Shown in pieces: positions 38,009 through 47,945 of a DNA stretch of 64,000 nucleotides. This stretch comes from Candidatus Obscuribacteraceae bacterium. GTDB lineage: Bacteria > Cyanobacteriota > Vampirovibrionia > Obscuribacterales > Obscuribacteraceae. A model generated the notes under the pieces. That model was not told the DNA's origin. It was given only the letters and a program-made list of their open reading frames with translations, and did not search any database. Numbering within the stretch: position 1 is the stretch's first letter; each line of letters opens with the position of its first letter. A program made the translations under genes and the position numbers. Location of the stretch: the NCBI GenBank assembly GCA_044226015.1, contig JBGAHS010000002.1, positions 288,001 through 352,000 on the forward strand, read 5' to 3'.

Positions 38009-39342
38009 GCGAATCAAATTCAAGTGAAGCCGAAATTTTCGAAGCACATCAAACCGCCCCGAAGAAAGAAATTCTTGCCTGGGCTATGTATGACTTCGCT
38101 AACTCGGCTTATGCAACAATAGTCAGCACCACAATATTCAATGCCTTTTTTGTAAGTGTTGTTGCCGGTCCAGAAACGGGACTAGCTGCGGGACAAGGCA
38201 CATTTTTGCTAACTCTCTGTATCACAATTGCAAGCCTCACGATCGTCATCAGTGCACCTGCCATTGGCACCATCGCTGATGCCACAGCAAATAAAAAGAA
38301 AGTACTCGCGATTGCCACGATATGCTGCGTCACTTGCACCGCGCTGCTCTCACTTGTTGGTAAAGGCGCATATGCTCTGGGCATGGTGCTTCTCGTGCTA
38401 GCAAATTTCTGTTATGGAACGGGAGAAGACATGGCAGCGTCTTTCTTACCTGAACTTGCAACGAAAAAAGACATGGGAAGAATCTCCGCGATTGGTTGGA
38501 CGATTGGCTACACAGGTGGGCTTGTGGCACTAGCAATTTGTTTTCTTTATGTCATGTTCGCAAAAAAGCAGGGACACTCAGCAGAAATGTATGTTCCCGT
38601 CACTATGCTTATTACTGCTGCCATCTATGGACTTGGTTCGCTGCCGACTTTTCTTATTATGAAGGAGCGCGCGAAGCCTGACCCAAACGCAATCACGAAG
38701 AACCTACTTGCAGTCGGATTCGAGCGACTAAAACTTACTATGAGTCACGCGGTTCATTATCAAGACCTATTTCGTTTTTTGATTTGCCTGCTTGTATTCA
38801 CTTGTGGCACCACAACAGTCATGTCGCTAGCTGCCGTTTATGCGCAAGAGGTAATGGGCTTTAACTCTCAAGATTTGATGCTAATGATTTTTGCGGTGAA
38901 TGTGACAGCGGCTATTGGTGCGTTTTGCATCGGCTTCCTTCAAGACAAAATTGGTTCGATAAAAACGTTAGCAATCTCTTTGCTGCTGTGGATCGTCGCA
39001 ACAGGTGGAGCATTCCTCTGCGACAATAAGAATTTATTCTGGGGACTCGCAATGCTGATTGGTGTGGCAATGGGTGCTAGCGGTTCGTCCGGACGGGCGT
39101 TAGTTGGGCTCTTCTCACCTCCCGGTCGCTCAGGCGAATTCTTCGGATTGTGGGGGTTAGCAGGAAAACTTGCAGCAGCAATCGGACCTCTCACGTTCGG
39201 GCTTATCACAATGCTAACCGGAAACAATCAGAGATTAGCGATTCTCTCTTCAACATCATTTTTCCTGGTCGGACTCATATTGCTCTTCTTCGTTAATGAA
39301 GAACGAGGCAAAGAAGCTGCACACAAAAACATCCAACAATAG
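38005..39342 (+). CDS. MFS transporter (UMF1/ATG22-like)
   Basis: WAMYDFANS, GRISAIGW..GY.GG and GEFFGLW motifs; about 12 TM helices. Confidence 0.88.
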   Translation: MSESNSSEAEIFEAHQTAPKKEILAWAMYDFANSAYATIVSTTIFNAFFVSVVAGPETGLAAGQGTFLLTLCITIASLTIVISAPAIGTIADATANKKKVLAIATICCVTCTALLSLVGKGAYALGMVLLVLANFCYGTGEDMAASFLPELATKKDMGRISAIGWTIGYTGGLVALAICFLYVMFAKKQGHSAEMYVPVTMLITAAIYGLGSLPTFLIMKERAKPDPNAITKNLLAVGFERLKLTMSHAVHYQDLFRFLICLLVFTCGTTTVMSLAAVYAQEVMGFNSQDLMLMIFAVNVTAAIGAFCIGFLQDKIGSIKTLAISLLLWIVATGGAFLCDNKNLFWGLAMLIGVAMGASGSSGRALVGLFSPPGRSGEFFGLWGLAGKLAAAIGPLTFGLITMLTGNNQRLAILSSTSFFLVGLILLFFVNEERGKEAAHKNIQQ

Positions 39343-39353
39343 AAAGGTAAGGA

Positions 39354-39782
39354 ATGACAAGCACAAAATGTGGTATCTGCGAGAAGCAGCATCCAGCTGA
39401 ATATTTAGTCCTTTCAGCAGAACACTGGCGCATCCGTCACAGCCAGGAAACGAACATTCTGGGATATTGCATCATCGAACCGCATCGACATTTTCTAGAC
39501 CTTTCCGAAGCAACCCTCGAGGAACTCCAGCAATATTCTATTCTTCTTTCGTCTCTCATGAAAGCATTGAGAAAAATTCCGGAGTGCGAACGCATATATA
39601 CTTTTTCACTTGCAGAGGCAGTTCCTCACTATCATCTGCATGTCATTCCGCGCAGAAAAAACTTTCCTCGAAGCTATGCCGGACGCGGAATCATGAGCTA
39701 TCCAACGACGCCTGGCACAGAGAAATCACTGGTCGAATCTATGGTTGAAACCATCCAGAAACAACTCAAGATTCTATCTTGA
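39354..39782 (+). CDS. HIT family protein
   Basis: N-terminal CxxC and HYHLHVIP histidine triad. Confidence 0.88.
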   Translation: MTSTKCGICEKQHPAEYLVLSAEHWRIRHSQETNILGYCIIEPHRHFLDLSEATLEELQQYSILLSSLMKALRKIPECERIYTFSLAEAVPHYHLHVIPRRKNFPRSYAGRGIMSYPTTPGTEKSLVESMVETIQKQLKILS

Positions 39783-40076
39783 AGATTCAACCAGCAGTAT
39801 TCTATTAGAAAGCCAGCCAGAGGCACCACGAATTTCGCTAAAACTAAGCCCTTAGTTATCTCGATTCGCTCTATGCTAACCGCTCAGCCAAACGCCACCG
39901 CAGGCGGTGCAAAGGCACCCGGCGTGATTCATGCAATCAGCTTTGCAGATTATTTGGCATCCCAGCAAATCAATAGTCTCCGCATACGATATCGGACACC
40001 AAGTTCCAGCCAAACCGCTAAGCTCCAATTCAAACCAAGCACTTGCCAAATGTACCGGCGGTAGCTAATACTAGTA

Positions 40077-41900
40077 TTGGGGGATTTCGCGGTTGGCATG
40101 CAGAGTTATTCAGATTCGGGTCCGTACGTAAAAAAGCTAGGCGAGCTGCTACAGGAGGCTGGTTTCATTAGTGAACCAGACCTGCAAAAGGCCGTCGACC
40201 TTTCACGGAAAAATTTCCAGTCCCTGGGGAAGGTACTGTCAGGCTGGAAATTCTGTCGGCAGGAAGACATCAACGCGGCTCTCGATGTTCAAAGAATTTG
40301 CAAACTGGAAGGCATGAGCGGCAAAATTGCAGTTCGCACTCTTTTGCAAGTTCGCAATCACGTGCTTTCGGTAAATAACGCACTTATTCAGGTTGGATGG
40401 ACCAGGCCTGACTACAATCCGTTTCAAGAACCCGACTCAATTACCGAAGCAAAACTGGAATTGCGTGATTTAGGAACCATGCAAGGGGTTCCGCGAGGTC
40501 TGGCTTTACTGAAAATTGGCGAAGCTTACGCACAACACCAGCTGCCCGCAAGGGCTGAGGTCTGGTATGACCAAGCAGTGGAAATCTTGGAAGCAGCGAT
40601 GCCAGACTCCACTCCGGAATTAAGTTCAGCATTGAGCAAGTTGGGAGAGCTTGCGCTGGAATACGGAAGACTTGATGAAGCCAAAGACCTTGTCGAACGA
40701 GCGGCTTCTCTATTGAAGTCGAACGAACCCAAGCACTCCAAAGAATATGCCAAAGCAATGCATGTTTCAGCTGAATATCAGGTTAGCCGCCGCAAATACA
40801 ATGATGCTGAAAAAAACTACGTAGATTGTGTAAACATGCTTCTACCTACCTGCGGTCTATTGGATGAACAGGTCCTTGACACTATTCGGCGCTACGTTCA
40901 AACAATTGAGAAGTGCAAGAAGGAAGTTGAAAAAGCCACCATGGGTGAGCTGGTAAAAGGGGCTGGCATTCTCAGCGAAGAGCAGCTCACTGCTGGCTGG
41001 CAGCTAAGCAAAAAAACGCGTGTGCAACTCGGTGAAGCCCTCGTAAGTCTCGGCTATCTCAAAGAGAGACAAATTCAACTCATTTTACAAACACAGACTC
41101 TCGCTCGTGGCGCAGAGATTACTACACAGTTAGCAATCTGGATCGTGATGTACGGCATAAAGCTAAACAAGTCGCTCGACTCAGTACTGTCCTTATTCAG
41201 ATGTGAACCTAAGAGCCGCACAAAACTGATTCAAGAATTAAAAGCTGCGGTAGAAAACCTGCAAGACCTTGAGACAAGATTGCCGCCTACGCACACTGAA
41301 CTTGCATTTGCTCATGCCAAAGTCGCTCGGCTATATTTCGAAAGACAGCAATGGGAAGAGGCAGAGACTCATTACAAGAAAGCTCTCGATATTTTCTGGA
41401 TGAACCCTAATCTGAACGCAGACAAAGCGATCGAAGTTCTCGACAATTATTTCGAAATGAAAGAGATTCAAGAAGAACACGATGAAGCTATCAGGTTGGC
41501 TAAGCTCGCGATACAAATGCGCTCACGGCACTACGGTCAGTTTTCTGTTCCGTACGCAAAAGGGCTCATAAGATTGGCTCGTGCTTTCTGCAAAAAAGGC
41601 GACCATGTCACCGCGATTAGCTGTCTTGATAGAGCCCTGGAAATCGAAGAGAAACTCTACGGCAACGACGACAGAGAAATACTTTCTTGCCTTGAAGCTA
41701 AAGGTGATTGTCACTGCCATGCAGAAGACTTCAATGCAGCGGAAGAAACCTTTGATAAAGCAGTGGCAATAGCAGAAGACAATTTCGGGAAAACACACGA
41801 AGCCGCAACCAACTTGCTAAAAAAACTAGTCGTCGCTTGCAAAGGCACAGGTAATTCGCAAAAAATAAACCAGATAGCGCCAGGGTTGAAAGACGACTAA
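40077..41900 (+). CDS. TPR protein with two MshEN/GspE-N-like modules
   Basis: KLGELLQEAGFIS and MGELVKGAGILS...QLGEALVSLGYL modules, each followed by TPR-like helices. Start may be ATG 40098. Confidence 0.75.
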   Translation: MGDFAVGMQSYSDSGPYVKKLGELLQEAGFISEPDLQKAVDLSRKNFQSLGKVLSGWKFCRQEDINAALDVQRICKLEGMSGKIAVRTLLQVRNHVLSVNNALIQVGWTRPDYNPFQEPDSITEAKLELRDLGTMQGVPRGLALLKIGEAYAQHQLPARAEVWYDQAVEILEAAMPDSTPELSSALSKLGELALEYGRLDEAKDLVERAASLLKSNEPKHSKEYAKAMHVSAEYQVSRRKYNDAEKNYVDCVNMLLPTCGLLDEQVLDTIRRYVQTIEKCKKEVEKATMGELVKGAGILSEEQLTAGWQLSKKTRVQLGEALVSLGYLKERQIQLILQTQTLARGAEITTQLAIWIVMYGIKLNKSLDSVLSLFRCEPKSRTKLIQELKAAVENLQDLETRLPPTHTELAFAHAKVARLYFERQQWEEAETHYKKALDIFWMNPNLNADKAIEVLDNYFEMKEIQEEHDEAIRLAKLAIQMRSRHYGQFSVPYAKGLIRLARAFCKKGDHVTAISCLDRALEIEEKLYGNDDREILSCLEAKGDCHCHAEDFNAAEETFDKAVAIAEDNFGKTHEAATNLLKKLVVACKGTGNSQKINQIAPGLKDD

Positions 41901-41926
41901 ATGCGTGTATTACAAGTTGAACTCGG

Positions 41927-42526
41927 TTAGCGAATAACAGTTTTGTCGCCGCGCTCAAGCTGCTCAGCATAAGCACTAATTGCATCGAGTCTGCGTTTAA
42001 CCATACGATTTGCCGCCATCTTGGTTATGTCTTGCCAGAACGGGACGCGAATACCTGGGTCAATGGTGTTTGAAAGTTCAACCACAGTTTGATTGGCGGT
42101 TTTTCCTGGAATGAGCCTCCAGGTACCTTCAAACACATGAAAGCGATCTGACTTCACCATGGTGTAATCGATGCGCTCAAGAGGCTGGCTCTCGCGTTCA
42201 ACGTAGTCGCACGATGCCTCGCCTACTATTGGAAGTGCAGCAAAAGTCTCATGCAAAGTCGCAGCCGTTCCATCGTAGGAAAGAAGCTTGCGGTGATCAT
42301 CTGACTTACGATTCTGCTGAATGGCTTCCCAAACGTTAGCAGCTTTCGCATTAACTACGATTGATTGTTTGACCTCTGGAGCATGCTTGTGTTCGACATG
42401 CTTGCCTTTATGCTTGTGATGCTCATCTGCTTGCTGATTGACACAAAAATGATCTTCTGCGAAAGCCGGAGCCGCCAGAGAAATAACTGAAATAGCAACT
42501 GGTAAAAATCGACGATATCTAGACAC
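41927..42526 (-). CDS. Exported SRPBCC/START (polyketide cyclase-like) protein with His-rich linker
   Basis: Signal peptide from GTG 42526 ending APAFA; IVVNAKAANVWEAI, FEGTWRL and a C-terminal helix. Confidence 0.7.
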   Translation of the reverse strand: MSRYRRFLPVAISVISLAAPAFAEDHFCVNQQADEHHKHKGKHVEHKHAPEVKQSIVVNAKAANVWEAIQQNRKSDDHRKLLSYDGTAATLHETFAALPIVGEASCDYVERESQPLERIDYTMVKSDRFHVFEGTWRLIPGKTANQTVVELSNTIDPGIRVPFWQDITKMAANRMVKRRLDAISAYAEQLERGDKTVIR

Positions 42527-42997
42527 GAACAAACGCCCCCGGCGAAACAACAGAATGGCTTCCAGAAACAACATTCCACGTTTGATGCATTTGAAACTAT
42601 ACATCTGCACAGAATTTGAAAAAGTGCTGGACTCACTTTTCCGCGCCATCCCACTAAAGCTCCAACGACTGCTCGTTGAAACTTAGGGGGATATATCTTT
42701 GATTCTAACCAGACCCTGTCAAGCGCGCAGAATAGTTCTGTAAAATTCCTGATCATGCTTAACCAACAGGGTATTACAGTCTTCAGGGTCCGTCAGGAGA
42801 GGGACCCTGCGAAGACAAAAATTATCGGACACGTTTTCAAGACGAGACTACTGCCACCTCGTTAAAGCTACTTAACCATACTGGTAAAAACCGCACTGAA
42901 GGCGGCTTGATTAGCGACAGACCAATAGACCCAAGCAGTTTTATCGATTAGATTCGAGGCAGAATAAGGATTCAGCTCGTTCTCACTCAGTAAAAAC

Positions 42998-45331
42998 ATG
43001 TTTCCGGAGCGCATCGAAAACAGGGAATCTTCTCCCTCTGCAAAAGAGGCAGAACCGGCTGCGCTGATAACGAGAATTGCAAACGAAGACTCTTTGAGCA
43101 GGTCAACACTGCTGGTCACTCAGGCTCCTGAGGCTGCCTTGAGCAGATATGGCATTGCAACACTGAAAGGAATGCAACATCTTCCAGAAGGAGTCTGGCA
43201 CGCCGTTCAACACAATGTAGAAAATCCCACTGAGGCACTTAAAACTGCTGGAATGGGAGCTGGTATGGCAGTGGTACTAAAAACGGTGCTACCTGAAGGT
43301 GGAGCTGCAGGCAAAATAGCAAGTGCGGCTATCGGCATGTACTTCACTTACAAAGCTGCTGAGCCCGTGTTTGCGGCGTACTCGCAGGCGGGCAGAGCTG
43401 GCACGATGAAGGAGTTAGATAACGCTGGGCGCCAGCTGGGTGATGCCGGTGGAACATTTATCATTGACTCAGCAATCGCAGGGGCTGGTTATCACTTAGG
43501 AGCACGGCTCTCTGACCGAGTTCTCTCGGCACGAGCCATGGATGGTTTTGCCGACTTCAAAGCTTCGACTTACGAAAAGCTAGGGCAAAGCGCAAATAGA
43601 CTGACAGATTCACTGGGCATAACAGCAAGCCGTAGCTCTGAAATGCGCCTGAATAGCAATTTAGTAGCTGGAAAAAATCTACCTGCAGGAACTCTCAAAG
43701 AGGCTCTAAATCCTGCTGCACCAATGGAAGTTTCAATCATGTTGAAACCAGAAGCCAGCGAGTTGCGCATTGAGCGAACGCTTGCCCGCATCTCCAGTGG
43801 CAGACAGGCGCCACTTACAGACGCGGAAATGGCAAAGAGTTTTGCCCCCAGCCAGAAAACGTTAAACAGCCTGAATTCATTTGCTGCCGAAAACGGTTTA
43901 GAGATCAAAGACAGCAGCCTTAGCTCAGGTAAGGTTACATTGAGCGGAACAGCTCAACAGTTTGAGTCGGCTTTTCATACAAAGCTAAGCATGTACACAA
44001 CCCCTGAGGGTTTGCGCTTTCGTGCTCCTGAGACAACAGTTTTATTGCCTCCTGAGCTGAACAAAAATGTTGTCGCGGTTCTCGGATTAGACAATCGATT
44101 TCAGGCGCATTCGAATATCAGCCGAAAACCGGTCTTCGAAGCTAACCCGCCCAAGATTGAACGTGACCCGAAATACAAAGTGAGTGCGCTGCGTCCTGAG
44201 CGAAAAGGATATTTGCCAAATCAGGTTGCCGACGCATACAACTTTCCGAAAGACTCGATGGGTGAAGGGCAGTCGGTTGCAATCATTCAGTTGGGCGGTG
44301 GCATGGACCGTGCCGACAATGCGATTTACTATCAAAAGCACGGATTGAAAGAACCGAAAATCAACATCATCGAAGTCGGCGAAGCCAAAAATACACCAGG
44401 TCACGCATTCGACAGCGAAGTTATGCTTGATTCACAAGTAATTGGTGCTATCGCACCTGAGGCAACACAGAACATCGTTTTCGGCACCAATAGCGAACAA
44501 GGTTTCGTTGATGCGATAAGCCGCGCGACATTTCCTGAAAAGGGCGAGAAGGCGAATTCTGTTATCAGTATCAGCTGGGGCCAATATGAGGACGGCTGGA
44601 CGAAAGAAGGTATTGCCAGCATGCACGAAGCTTTCAAGAAAGCCGCATTAAAAGGCATTTCTATATTTGCTTCAGCTGGTGACGACGGCGCAAGAGACAG
44701 AGTGAGCAACGGCAAATTCAATGCTCATTACCCGGCAAGTGACCCTTATGTAACCGCTGTTGGCGGCACGCGACTTAGCCTTGATGAAAACGGAAAGCGC
44801 TTGAATGAAGTGGTTTGGAACAACCAAACTCGCAACGAAATAGGTGGTGGCGGCGTTAGTGAAATCTTCCCATCGCAAGATTTCCAGAAAAATGTGCAGG
44901 TGCCAACAAATGCAAACACAGGCAGAAGCGGTAGAGGTTTCCCTGATATTGCAGGCAATTCTGACCCTCGCACAGGATACATCATTCGCACGCACGGGGT
45001 CGAAGAGCTGACCGGCGGAACAAGCGCAGCAGCACCACTCTACGCAGCCTTGATGTTGCGGATAAACGGCGCAATGGAGAAGCCGTTTACAGGTTCACTC
45101 AATTATTGGCTTTACGAGAATAAAGATCGCGGTTTCTTCAATGACATCACGATTGGCGACATTGGTCCTTACAAAGCTGGACCGGGCTGGGATGCAACGA
45201 CAGGGCTCGGCTCTATTGACGGCAGCAAAATGCTGGAAGTAATGAAAGCTTCCCCAACGGTGAAGAGCACTCCCATCATCTCGGGTCCTGCTTACTTCCA
45301 CGGAGAGCCTTTCGATTACTCCTCTAAATAA
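42998..45331 (+). CDS. S53 (kumamolisin/sedolisin) peptidase with prodomain and extra N-terminal region
   Basis: EVMLD (Glu/Asp), SISWG, AGDDG, GGTSAAAP, GWDATTGLGS; prodomain ending VLGLDN. Confidence 0.92.
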   Translation: MFPERIENRESSPSAKEAEPAALITRIANEDSLSRSTLLVTQAPEAALSRYGIATLKGMQHLPEGVWHAVQHNVENPTEALKTAGMGAGMAVVLKTVLPEGGAAGKIASAAIGMYFTYKAAEPVFAAYSQAGRAGTMKELDNAGRQLGDAGGTFIIDSAIAGAGYHLGARLSDRVLSARAMDGFADFKASTYEKLGQSANRLTDSLGITASRSSEMRLNSNLVAGKNLPAGTLKEALNPAAPMEVSIMLKPEASELRIERTLARISSGRQAPLTDAEMAKSFAPSQKTLNSLNSFAAENGLEIKDSSLSSGKVTLSGTAQQFESAFHTKLSMYTTPEGLRFRAPETTVLLPPELNKNVVAVLGLDNRFQAHSNISRKPVFEANPPKIERDPKYKVSALRPERKGYLPNQVADAYNFPKDSMGEGQSVAIIQLGGGMDRADNAIYYQKHGLKEPKINIIEVGEAKNTPGHAFDSEVMLDSQVIGAIAPEATQNIVFGTNSEQGFVDAISRATFPEKGEKANSVISISWGQYEDGWTKEGIASMHEAFKKAALKGISIFASAGDDGARDRVSNGKFNAHYPASDPYVTAVGGTRLSLDENGKRLNEVVWNNQTRNEIGGGGVSEIFPSQDFQKNVQVPTNANTGRSGRGFPDIAGNSDPRTGYIIRTHGVEELTGGTSAAAPLYAALMLRINGAMEKPFTGSLNYWLYENKDRGFFNDITIGDIGPYKAGPGWDATTGLGSIDGSKMLEVMKASPTVKSTPIISGPAYFHGEPFDYSSK

Positions 45332-46785
45332 CCGGGAAGATCAGCTTCCGTAGCCTGTTTCAATGCGAACCAGAATTTCGAGCCTTCACCTAGAGTACTT
45401 TGAACTCCGATGCTACCGCCCTGAAGTTCAATCAATTTCTTCGAAATATAAAGCCCCAGTCCGTGGCTGCTGCCTGATTGATGAGTGAGCGTCTTGAAGC
45501 GCTCGAATATCAATTCGCAGTTTTCAGGCGCGATACCTGCCCCGTGGTCAACAACTTCGAATTTAACAAAGCCGGAATCCTCACGGACATTTATTTGAAT
45601 CTTTGAACCGCCAGGAGAGAATTTAATCGCATTTGAAAGCAAGTTATTCAAGACCTGGACAATGCGATCAAAATCAGCAAAGACGAGTTCCGATTCGCCA
45701 AACTGATCGCCCGATTGCACACTCGATAGCTCGCCCAATTGCGCGCCAGCTCGCTCGCCGGATTGAACATCAATGCTCACACCTTTCTGCTCAGCAAGTG
45801 CTTGAAGCAGGCTCAAACTTGACTCCAAAATGGCGGAAGCAGGAACTACTTTCACCTCAACAGTCAAGGTGCCAGACTCCAGATTTTCAGCATCGAGCAA
45901 TTGGTTTATCAAACGCAAGACCTGCTGAAGATTCTCGCGCAGCTTTAGCACTTGCTTGCGCCCGGTTTCATTCAGTGAACCAAACTCTCCTCCAATAAGA
46001 CCATCCACAAAATAAGAAAGAGAGCTAATGGGAGCTCGCAAATCATGACTAACCATCGATGTGATTTCAGCTCTAAGTCTCTCGATTTCCTTTTCCGCTG
46101 TGATGTCGGTAACAACACAGTAGTACGCAGAACGCGTGGCAGACCACTCAACGGACCAGGAGAAATCGAGCATCTTGCCGTTAACATCGATGACTCGGTT
46201 TACCAGAGGGGGCAAGGCGTCCTTTTTCAATGCCTCAAAATATGCGCTGCTTCTCTCCTTATCAGAGGCAATAAGCAGGTCAAGAATGCTTGCACCGATC
46301 ACTGACGAATTAGGATAAAGCCACATCTTTTCAGCATTAGCGTTGATATCAATAATTCGCAGGTTTGAATCTAAAACGCAAATCAGCTCCTTCGAGAAAT
46401 CAACAATTGCACGCTGACCCTGTTTTAGATTTCCCACAAGTTCAACAAGCAGATCTGCAACTTCAATGAGCGATAGCTGGACCTTCTCATTTTGCCTGCT
46501 GCTTTGATTGTCCAGCACAGAAAGCAGCTTGGACAAAGCAAGTTCCCTCTCGCTCAGGGCTCGTTGCTCAAGGTCTTTAATTCCAAGGTATATAGAAATC
46601 GAAGCAACAAGATATGAGATGAGACAGACAACAAAAATTCGCCCTTTTACAAAGCTAGTCAGATCCAGGTCATGAATAAAAAAACAAACGAGAGCAAAGC
46701 CACAGGCGGTGGCAGTCAAATTCAGTATTGCAAAAGTGGCGGCTCTGTTTTTCACGACACCATTGATTTTACATGCTTGCTGCAA
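45316..46785 (-). CDS. Membrane PAS sensor histidine kinase
   Basis: Two TM helices, PAS, SHDLRAP, NLLSNAIKFS, DHGAG, GLGL. Confidence 0.92.
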   Translation of the reverse strand: MQQACKINGVVKNRAATFAILNLTATACGFALVCFFIHDLDLTSFVKGRIFVVCLISYLVASISIYLGIKDLEQRALSERELALSKLLSVLDNQSSRQNEKVQLSLIEVADLLVELVGNLKQGQRAIVDFSKELICVLDSNLRIIDINANAEKMWLYPNSSVIGASILDLLIASDKERSSAYFEALKKDALPPLVNRVIDVNGKMLDFSWSVEWSATRSAYYCVVTDITAEKEIERLRAEITSMVSHDLRAPISSLSYFVDGLIGGEFGSLNETGRKQVLKLRENLQQVLRLINQLLDAENLESGTLTVEVKVVPASAILESSLSLLQALAEQKGVSIDVQSGERAGAQLGELSSVQSGDQFGESELVFADFDRIVQVLNNLLSNAIKFSPGGSKIQINVREDSGFVKFEVVDHGAGIAPENCELIFERFKTLTHQSGSSHGLGLYISKKLIELQGGSIGVQSTLGEGSKFWFALKQATEADLPGYLEE

Positions 46786-46859
46786 TTTTTTTTTCGGAAT
46801 GAGATATGCTAGCGGAGACAGCTAAGCTAAATATCAAGTGTTAGGTTGGATGACTTTCG

Positions 46860-47537
46860 ATGGCCAAAATCTTAATCGTTGAAGACGATTTGAACATATC
46901 AAAAACCATTCAAGGCTGGCTTGAAAAAGAGAAGTACGTGGTTGAGGCAACTGCAAGCGGCAAAGAAGGTCTCGACCTACTCTTGCACTACAACTACGAT
47001 CTTGCAATTCTAGACTGGCAACTTCCAGATGCAGCGGGACCCGAAATAGCCAGGGAAGTTATCTCACGGAAGCGTTCCATCCCACTATTGATGCTCACAT
47101 CAAAGGGTGACATAAAGGATAAAGTGGAGGGGCTCGACGCTGGCGTGTGCGATTATCTGGTCAAGCCCTGCCCATTAGAAGAACTATCGGCAAGAGTGCG
47201 AGCGCTGCTCAGAAGATCGGCGGATTCGATTGAAACTGCAAAGACAATGATATTCGGCAACACAACAGTCAACTTTCCATCAAGAACTGTGTCAGTGGAC
47301 GATACTGCAGTAAAGTTGTCACCCAGTGAGTTTGAGATATTGAAACTCATGTGCAAGACGCCGGGGTCATCACTTTCAGTGGAGGCAATCTTCACACGTC
47401 TCTGGTCAGACAAACCAAACGTTTCAAAACAGCTAGTGAAGGTTCACATGTCAAATCTGCGCAAAAAACTTCAAGCAGCAGGCTCAAGCGTGCAAATAGA
47501 AACGAATGATCTCAACGAATATGAGCTCAGTACCTAA
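46860..47537 (+). CDS. OmpR-family response regulator
   Basis: ILIVEDD, LDWQLPD, DYLVKP, wHTH VKVHMSNLRKKL; divergent from the kinase gene. Confidence 0.93.
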   Translation: MAKILIVEDDLNISKTIQGWLEKEKYVVEATASGKEGLDLLLHYNYDLAILDWQLPDAAGPEIAREVISRKRSIPLLMLTSKGDIKDKVEGLDAGVCDYLVKPCPLEELSARVRALLRRSADSIETAKTMIFGNTTVNFPSRTVSVDDTAVKLSPSEFEILKLMCKTPGSSLSVEAIFTRLWSDKPNVSKQLVKVHMSNLRKKLQAAGSSVQIETNDLNEYELST

Positions 47538-47809
47538 TATTGCCAGAACTGCGAAGCCAACAAGATCACTACGAGTCCGACAGCAAGGGAAAACAAAATC
47601 ACTCCAGAGTAACGGGGATTGCTTTGTGAAATGGCTTTGAATAAGGCACGTTGACGTTCTTCTTGTGAATCAGCAGATTCTGCCACCAACTTTTGCAAAA
47701 GAGCTTTGTCAGTCTTAAGCATGGTCATTGGTGTGGCGCGAGAACCATGCGCGTCCCAAGCTAACTTACGTAGGCGGGCGAGATACCAACTGGAAAGAGA
47801 GTCGTCCAA
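47534..47809 (-). CDS. Small hypothetical protein with C-terminal TM helix
   Basis: 91-aa ORF with GAGG upstream and a hydrophobic C-terminus. Confidence 0.5.
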   Translation of the reverse strand: MDDSLSSWYLARLRKLAWDAHGSRATPMTMLKTDKALLQKLVAESADSQEERQRALFKAISQSNPRYSGVILFSLAVGLVVILLASQFWQY

Positions 47810-47882
47810 CTTAGGTGATTCCTCAAGCGATCTAGCGTCAGTAAGAGCAGCGGGGCTAAAACAATTTGATTATACTCCAAAC

Positions 47883-47917
47883 AAAAAGGCAGCAGCCCTG
47901 GGAAAGCTACTGCCTTT
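47883..47917 (-). terminator. Rho-independent terminator
   Basis: Minus strand AAAGGCAGTAGC-loop-GCTGCTGCCTTTTT after the 49013-47946 gene. Confidence 0.75.
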
Positions 47918-47945
47918 GTTGTTGTTGGGGTCGGACGGGAAAAAC

